Source: Vulcanisaeta distributa DSM 14429
GTDB lineage: Archaea > Thermoproteota > Thermoprotei > Thermoproteales > Thermocladiaceae
NCBI RefSeq assembly: GCF_000148385.1
Contig: NC_014537.1
Location: 990,001-1,022,000 of the forward strand
Length of the DNA stretch: 32,000 nucleotides
Direction: 5' to 3'
Shown: positions 27,060-32,000 of the stretch, in pieces
How positions within the stretch are numbered: position 1 is the first letter of the stretch
Layout: each line of letters begins with the position of its first letter
Notes under the pieces: generated by a model
The model's database searches: none
What the model saw: the letters and a program-made list of their open reading frames with translations, nothing else
Told to the model about the DNA's origin: nothing
Position numbers and translations under genes: made by a program

Positions 27060-27116
27060 CTCATAATGATGAGTCCCCATAAAAATGATCAATGATTAAA
27101 TGAGAAAGACTGATCA
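27060..27116 (+). ncRNA. candidate C/D-box sRNA
   Basis: ATGATGA (27066-72), then the 12-nt guide gtccccataaaa and atga (D'-like). Next come tca, atgatta (C'-like) and the 11-nt guide aaatgagaaaga. It ends with CTGA (27110-13). The box order and spacing are canonical, but the terminal stem is weak. Confidence 0.45.
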
Positions 27117-27118
27117 AG

Positions 27119-27229
27119 CCCATCACCTGGGTACCCGCGGGGCGGGCCGCCCCGCCATTGAACTTATCAACGAGGGGCGGTGACTGTGGGAATACCACAG
27201 TCCCGCCCTGTGGGTATCCAGGTGATGGG
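27119..27229 (+). other. 111-nt three-helix structured element (RNA or ssDNA)
   Basis: The closing helix pairs cccatcacctgggtaccc (27119-36) with gggtatccaggtgatggg (27212-29), giving 17 Watson-Crick pairs plus 1 G.U. Inner hairpin a is gcggggc-gggcc-gccccgc (27137-55). Inner hairpin b is gggcgg-t-gactgtgg-gaata-ccacagtc-ccgccc (27175-27208). Confidence 0.6.
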
Positions 27230-28010
27230 TATGGGTAGGGATGGGGAAGGCAGGGACGGGCGTGTGCCTGTCGTGGATGTGACGGTTGTGGGTGTCGATG
27301 TTGGTGTTAGGCGTTCTGTTGTGACTTTTGTTGGTACATGGGCTAAGTTGCTCAGTGATTTGGCTGTGATATATGCTAGGCAGAATGGTGTTTCGTTAAT
27401 ACCGTTGGGCGTGTATGATGCCATGACTAGGGCGTACGTGGCTGAGATTAGTTATCCAGGGGTTGATAAGTACCGTGGTGGTGAGTTGACAAGTAACATT
27501 GTTAATAAGGCGTTGGGTGCCGTAGTTAGGGCAATCCACAGTGTTCAGAGAATTCATAATGCGCTGGTTGGTTTGGCATTTGAGGATCTTAGGTTGTTTA
27601 ATGAGCATAAGCGTGACCTGGCTAGGGCTAAGGTGGTTTGGGAGTTGATTGTTAATAGGTTTGGCAAGGTTATGAGTAGGTGTCCTTCCGTTAAAACCTC
27701 ATGGTTCTGGATAAGCTATAGGGGTGAGGTGATAATGCCAATTAGGGATTCAATACCCATAGTGCTTGTTGAGCCTGAGTACACGAGTAGTACGTGTCCG
27801 CGATGCGGCACCTACCTAGGTAGGGTTAGGGGTAGGGTGACGTGTGGTTACTGCGGCTTTGAGGGTGATAGGGATGTCATCGGCGCTATAAATGTAGCTC
27901 TAAGGGGCTTTTTAATACTCATGAAGTGCGTTAGGGAGGGCGTAATTGGGGTGGCCCGAGAACTCCAGGGGTTGGCTCATCGCCTTTTTATTCGTCTATT
28001 CCCTTACTGA
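27180..28010 (+). CDS. TnpB-like (IS200/IS605 OrfB) RuvC + zinc-ribbon protein lacking the N-terminal WED/REC half
   Basis: VGVDVGV (RuvC-I D40), LAFEDL (RuvC-II E135), EPEYTSSTCPRCG...CGYCG (zinc ribbon) and DRDVIGAINVA (RuvC-III D232). The likely start is ATG 27225, because 27180-27224 lies inside the hairpins. The 3' end overlaps the cbiZ stop region by 7 nt. Confidence 0.7.
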   Translation: MTVGIPQSRPVGIQVMGMGRDGEGRDGRVPVVDVTVVGVDVGVRRSVVTFVGTWAKLLSDLAVIYARQNGVSLIPLGVYDAMTRAYVAEISYPGVDKYRGGELTSNIVNKALGAVVRAIHSVQRIHNALVGLAFEDLRLFNEHKRDLARAKVVWELIVNRFGKVMSRCPSVKTSWFWISYRGEVIMPIRDSIPIVLVEPEYTSSTCPRCGTYLGRVRGRVTCGYCGFEGDRDVIGAINVALRGFLILMKCVREGVIGVARELQGLAHRLFIRLFPY

Positions 28011-28648
28011 TTTTCATGTGCTGTGTAGGTTTTGTATGCCCTTATTAATGCCTCGTGCACGGCGTGGACTACGGCCTTGCCTATGCTCGTTGCTGGTCCT
28101 GCATATGGTTCTTTATTGCCGTTAATCGGCGTTATTATCGCCACCGCGTCTGAGGTTGTTCCGTGTATCTCGCCATTGGTTAGTTCGGCGAGTGTTAACG
28201 CCTTCACCTGCGCACTCAGCATTATGGCGTCTATCATTGCCTGTACTGTCAATGGCTTACTTATGATTATCGCCATGTTTATTGTTGATTCATGGAGCCC
28301 CCACGCCTCTATGTTGCCCCCTTCTATCCTATATGGATTTGTCAGTCCCGTAGTTATTGACACCGCAATCTCCACGTCATTGATTACCTCCCTATGTGTT
28401 ATGTGGTTTCTTGGTAGTTCTGTGGCTGTTAGGAAGGTTATTGCTTCGTCACTTCTTATTGATAATTCCCTGTGTACCCTCATTACCTCCTTGATTGGGT
28501 CGTTATTGAAGTCCCTGGGGACTTGGTGATGTACTATGTATTTAATGCCGTTCCTTAGCCCTCCGTCTACGGTGCTTGCTAAGGCTATTGCTTCCTGGCT
28601 TAGCGTGATCACTATGTTTCCACCTACGTATTTCACGTTGTTAATCAC
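28004..28648 (-). CDS. cbiZ: adenosylcobinamide amidohydrolase
   Basis: STINMAIIISKPLTVQAMIDAIMLSAQVKALTLAEL...HGTTSDAVAIITP...YAGPATSIGKAV matches the CbiZ family core pattern (TINI..., TEAKxxAL, GTxTDxxxV, YAG). Confidence 0.75.
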   Translation of the reverse strand: MINNVKYVGGNIVITLSQEAIALASTVDGGLRNGIKYIVHHQVPRDFNNDPIKEVMRVHRELSIRSDEAITFLTATELPRNHITHREVINDVEIAVSITTGLTNPYRIEGGNIEAWGLHESTINMAIIISKPLTVQAMIDAIMLSAQVKALTLAELTNGEIHGTTSDAVAIITPINGNKEPYAGPATSIGKAVVHAVHEALIRAYKTYTAHENQ

Positions 28649-28848
28649 GTTATTTTGGGGTGTGGGTTTGGTAAATTAAGGTTGTGCCTGTGCGTTGGTT
28701 TAAGTGTCTTGCTTATTTACTATGGTAACCTAGTCTTCCTGGGGTGATCTGTTCATGAATGGGTCATCACTTCCTCAGCTAACTCTGACTTCTTCACCTA
28801 GCTTGTTTCCGGGGCACTTCTTTAAAGGGGTTTTGCAGTTGATGCCTT

Positions 28849-29805
28849 GTGTTGTTGATTAGGGAGTTTGAGGTTAATGAGTTAGTTTCGTTTGATGATG
28901 CCATTAAGGCCGTTGAGGATGGGTTTAAGCTACTGGGTAGTGGTAATGCCGTCAACCTGCCTAGGCGTAGGGCGATCGTTAGTGGTGCCGTGCTTCATGT
29001 GCTTCAGGGCGTCGTACTCGGTGATTACAGGGTTGCTGGGCTTAAGACGTACCTGAGTACGAGGCATGGCACCAGGTTCGTGGTCGTCCTATTCAGTCTA
29101 GACAGCGGTGAGTTGCTGGCTATTATCGAGGCTGATAGGCTTGGGCAGCTCAGGACTGGGGCTGCCAGTGCTGTGGCCACTAGGTACATGGCCAGGAAGG
29201 ACTCGTCAGTGCTCGGCATAGTTGGTGCGGGTACGCAGGCCAGGGCTCAGTTCGAGGCGTTGAGTAGGGTTTTGAACCTTAAGCTGGTTAAGGTCTTCAG
29301 TAGGACGCGTGAGCATGCTGAGGAGTTTGCCAGGTTTATTAGGTCTAGGGGTTTTGATGCTGTGGTTGCTGGTGATTATGAGGATGTCTGCAGGGGTGTC
29401 GATGTCTTGGTCACGGCTACCAACTCCAGGGACCCCTTTATACGCGGTTCCTACGTGGTGCCTGGGATGCACATTAATGCCATTGGTAGTAATTGGGCTA
29501 ATAGGGCTGAGTTGGCGCCGGACGTGGTACTTAAGGCGGACGTTATAGCCGTTGATGACGTGAGCCAGGCCAGGGAGGAGGCTGGGGACTTAATAATGGC
29601 TGGCGATGCCGCCTGGTCCCGGGTAGTTCCCCTGGCCGATATTGTTGTTGGTAGGGTTAGGGGTAGGCAGGGTGATGACTCGGTAACCATCTTCAAGTCC
29701 CTGGGAATTGCCGTGGAGGACCTCGTGCTCGCTAAGTTGATTTATGATAGAGCCGTCAGGGAGAGGAGGGGTGTTGAGTTTGAGTTTAGAGGTGTTTTTA
29801 GGTAA
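28849..29805 (+). CDS. ornithine cyclodeaminase / mu-crystallin family NAD(P) enzyme
   Basis: LGIVGAGTQARAQFEAL (Rossmann motif), VFSRTREHAEEFA, VTATNSRDPF, GMHINAIGSN and SQAREEAGDL. The gene has a GTG start. Confidence 0.85.
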   Translation: MLLIREFEVNELVSFDDAIKAVEDGFKLLGSGNAVNLPRRRAIVSGAVLHVLQGVVLGDYRVAGLKTYLSTRHGTRFVVVLFSLDSGELLAIIEADRLGQLRTGAASAVATRYMARKDSSVLGIVGAGTQARAQFEALSRVLNLKLVKVFSRTREHAEEFARFIRSRGFDAVVAGDYEDVCRGVDVLVTATNSRDPFIRGSYVVPGMHINAIGSNWANRAELAPDVVLKADVIAVDDVSQAREEAGDLIMAGDAAWSRVVPLADIVVGRVRGRQGDDSVTIFKSLGIAVEDLVLAKLIYDRAVRERRGVEFEFRGVFR

Positions 29806-29889
29806 GGACGTGGTGATGCGGTTTTATGGGCATGCATTGGTGCCGTATATTACGTTATACGTACCGCCTGATGGGTAGTTAATTGATAG

Positions 29890-30468
29890 TTGCTTAACGG
29901 TCCAGGATGTGCCTGGTTAGTACTCAAGTATGAAGATATAAGCCCTCGTGTCATTGTTTCTCTTTGGCTTTTTCTATTCCCAATGCTTTTTAACCCAGCG
30001 CAGGTAATTATTGTTATGCTTAACCGTGGGCTTGTCAGGTTTGGGCTTGTCCTGGAGTTCATAGCTGAGTTTCTGTACTTCATGATTATCCTATACCCAA
30101 GGTACTTCAGCTCTATTCTTGTTTTGCTAATCATGTTGACGTACACGGTATCGTCAGTGACCATGTACCTGGGCTTCAATGGATATTCCGGGTCATTGAG
30201 TGTTGGGTCTGTTGGTGCGTTGCTGTTGATGCTTGGTTCGTCATTACTATTAATGACTCGTCTCATACCGCGGTCCTACCTAATCGCTGTGGTTAGCATG
30301 GGAATTGCCTTCCTAGGCGATGTTTCAATCTCAATATTCTTCTGGAGAACCATGCAACGGAATCTGTTAATTAGGGTTGGTGCCGTGCTTAACGCGGTGC
30401 CCATTATCACGTTCATTGGGAGTCTATTGTTGGCGATTGGTATTAGCGATGTTAAGGACCTTGGCTAA
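29890..30468 (+). CDS. hydrophobic membrane protein (about 6 TM spans), unknown function
   Basis: Six clear hydrophobic spans. Preferred over the antisense low-complexity ORF 29850..30266. The start codon is uncertain (TTG 29890). Confidence 0.5.
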   Translation: MLNGPGCAWLVLKYEDISPRVIVSLWLFLFPMLFNPAQVIIVMLNRGLVRFGLVLEFIAEFLYFMIILYPRYFSSILVLLIMLTYTVSSVTMYLGFNGYSGSLSVGSVGALLLMLGSSLLLMTRLIPRSYLIAVVSMGIAFLGDVSISIFFWRTMQRNLLIRVGAVLNAVPIITFIGSLLLAIGISDVKDLG

Positions 30469-31002
30469 GTCGTTCACCGTGTCTATATCGATTAGGACCT
30501 CGGGACCGCACTCCACGGTACATACGTCACTCCTATTCCTTAATATCTCCCTTGCGCCGACGTCCCCACTCAACCTCATTAACTCTGGGAATAATGTCCT
30601 ATGAATTAACACGGGATTTCCCCTCACGCCGTTATGCACCGGCACAACGGCGCTGCAGCCATTGCGGTAGGCATTTATTATTCTCGACACTGTTTCATTG
30701 GTTATGAGTGGCATGTCGGCCAGTACTATGAGCGCTGCATCGTAGTCTTGAAAGAATCGAAGCCCAAGCCTTATAGATGTGCTCATTCCATCCCTATAGT
30801 ACGGGTTGTAAATAACGACCTCATTAGTCAGGTAGGGCATTAGCTCGCTGGCGTAGGCCCCAACAACGACCACCCTATCAAGCCCACTCAGTGCCCTTAA
30901 AACCCTCACTATAACCGGTTCACCACCAACCCTAACCAGCAACTTATTACCGCCAAACCTCCTACCCTCACCTGCAGCCAGTACTACTGCACCTATTCTC
31001 AT
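30424..31002 (-). CDS. MobA-like NTP transferase (MobA/MocA/CobY-type nucleotidyltransferase)
   Basis: The N-terminal motif IGAVVLAAGEGRRFGGNKLL is the LAGGxGxRMG-type NTP-binding loop. LADMPLI lies mid-protein. The ~190-aa size fits the family. Confidence 0.8.
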   Translation of the reverse strand: MRIGAVVLAAGEGRRFGGNKLLVRVGGEPVIVRVLRALSGLDRVVVVGAYASELMPYLTNEVVIYNPYYRDGMSTSIRLGLRFFQDYDAALIVLADMPLITNETVSRIINAYRNGCSAVVPVHNGVRGNPVLIHRTLFPELMRLSGDVGAREILRNRSDVCTVECGPEVLIDIDTVNDLAKVLNIANTNRQQ

Positions 31003-31111
31003 GATTTAGTCATGTTGTGGTAAGTAAAGTAAGGTTATTAATCTCACTGTACCCTCTCCTTAGGTATTTCTTCATATTAATCCTTTTAAGACGCGCTAGG
31101 TCCTACTGACG

Positions 31112-31711
31112 ATGCTTGAGTACGTGTTTAAGGGATTATATGGTTACGCTTCAGTATTTGTATTAATGGTTCTTGAGGGTATGTCGCTGCCCATACCCAG
31201 TGAGGTTGTTATGCCCCTGGTTGGTTACTACGCATCGCTGGGTCTCATAAACCCTGTGCTTGGCGCGTTGGTTGGCACGCTTGGTAGCCTGGTTGGTTCA
31301 TTAATTGATTATTACATAGCCTATTACCTGGGCTTACCATTCCTCCTCAGGTATGGTAGGTTATTTGGTCTCAACAGGAGGAGGCTTGACTCATTGAGTA
31401 GGTGGTTTAATAAGTATGGTATGGCGGCTGTATTTGGCTTCAGGTTTCTGCCTGGCTTTAGGGCGCTCATATCATTCCCAGCGGGCCTGGCTGGTATGAG
31501 AATAATGGGCTTCATCATCGTTACATTCCTCGGGCATTTAATCTGGGACACAATCCTCGTGTATATTGGTTATGCATTTGCGACTCAATGGTCGTTAATT
31601 ATAGGATTAATTGATAAGTACTTATACGTTGTTGCTGTTGTGGCGGTAATCGTGATAGTAGCGTATATAATACTAAGACTTCGTATGGAGCCTAAGCATG
31701 GTAATTCCTGA
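31112..31711 (+). CDS. DedA/SNARE-associated family membrane protein
   Basis: VFVLMVLEGMSLPIPSEVVMPLVGY, followed by FGFRFLPGFRALISFPAG and a C-terminal TM span. This is the classical DedA layout. Confidence 0.8.
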   Translation: MLEYVFKGLYGYASVFVLMVLEGMSLPIPSEVVMPLVGYYASLGLINPVLGALVGTLGSLVGSLIDYYIAYYLGLPFLLRYGRLFGLNRRRLDSLSRWFNKYGMAAVFGFRFLPGFRALISFPAGLAGMRIMGFIIVTFLGHLIWDTILVYIGYAFATQWSLIIGLIDKYLYVVAVVAVIVIVAYIILRLRMEPKHGNS

Positions 31712-31734
31712 GATGTGGCTGATCACCGTGACCG

Positions 31735-32000
31735 CTATTCACTTGACGATCCAATACTCTCCTCCCTACCGTGCCTTACAATCCTTATCCTGGTCCTTAA
31801 CGGTACATGTAGCCCCACCCTCTCGAGTATTTGATAGAGTTCGTAATCCTGAAGCTCACCCAGCCTACCGCTTAGGTAGAGTTCGGCTAATTGCCTAAAT
31901 ACCTGAACAGCGGTGTCTCCATATAACTGCAATGCATTGTCTATTATCTCGCCAGCCCTCTCCCCCTTCGTTATCTGTCTAATTAATTGAATGACCTCCT
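31735..32000 (-). CDS. PDCD5/TFAR19-like double-stranded DNA-binding protein, 3' part (5' end beyond right edge)
   Basis: My translation extends the track ORF upstream to the window edge: EVIQLIRQITKGERAGEIIDNALQLYGDTAVQVFRQLAELYLSGRLGELQDYELYQILERV. The pattern resembles archaeal PDCD5 homologues (ILRQILTPEARERL...QLIQLAQxGRLxxKIxDEQLKELLxxI). Confidence 0.55.
   Translation of the reverse strand, partial: EVIQLIRQITKGERAGEIIDNALQLYGDTAVQVFRQLAELYLSGRLGELQDYELYQILERVGLHVPLRTRIRIVRHGREESIGSSSE

Noticed and set aside
28764-28770. Minus-strand GTGATGA followed by a 12-nt spacer and caga, upstream of cbiZ
   Set aside because: There is no terminal CTGA at sRNA distance. This is likely a chance motif in the divergent promoter region.

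Overview
The window looks like a chromosomal segment from a hyperthermophilic crenarchaeon, probably Thermoproteales-like. That placement is an inference from a PaREP1-family gene, A/T-rich TATA boxes about 25-30 nt upstream of start codons, and AT-rich intergenic DNA interrupted by GC-rich hairpin islands. About 35 protein genes are packed on both strands.

The recognisable core genes are:
- Edges: a NOG1-type GTPase 5' end at the left edge and a PDCD5-like DNA-binding protein at the right edge.
- RNA and amino-acid metabolism: tRNA-Thr(GGU), a RimI/Ard1-type acetyltransferase, and a proC / cystathionine-gamma-synthase-family / transporter operon.
- Redox and hydrolases: an SQR-like flavoprotein next to a metallo-beta-lactamase-fold protein, two metallophosphoesterases, and an aldo/keto reductase.
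- Other: a lone 2-oxoacid:ferredoxin oxidoreductase beta subunit, a LigT-like 2H phosphoesterase, CbiZ, an ornithine cyclodeaminase/mu-crystallin protein, a MobA-like nucleotidyltransferase, and a DedA protein.

The accessory content falls into two themes.
1. Three paralogous Cys-containing, sequon-rich secreted proteins. Two of them are inverted about 17 kb apart and share a promoter block. The third has its signal anchor in a different reading frame from the body.
2. A 22.2-28.0 kb stretch containing IS200/IS605-type (TnpB) debris. It has two 3'-end remnants that keep GC-rich nested hairpins, a third RE-like hairpin, and an open 260-codon TnpB-like ORF. That ORF keeps the full RuvC D/E/D triad and zinc ribbon but lacks the whole N-terminal WED/REC half, and its ATG lies inside a 111-nt three-helix structure. 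ORFan genes are interleaved with this debris: a two-gene operon, a P-loop ATPase, a 196-aa protein and an acidic 97-aa protein.

Three candidate C/D-box sRNAs were found by eye. No CRISPR array, cas gene, integrase or reverse transcriptase was seen. All family calls come from motif recognition without database searches.
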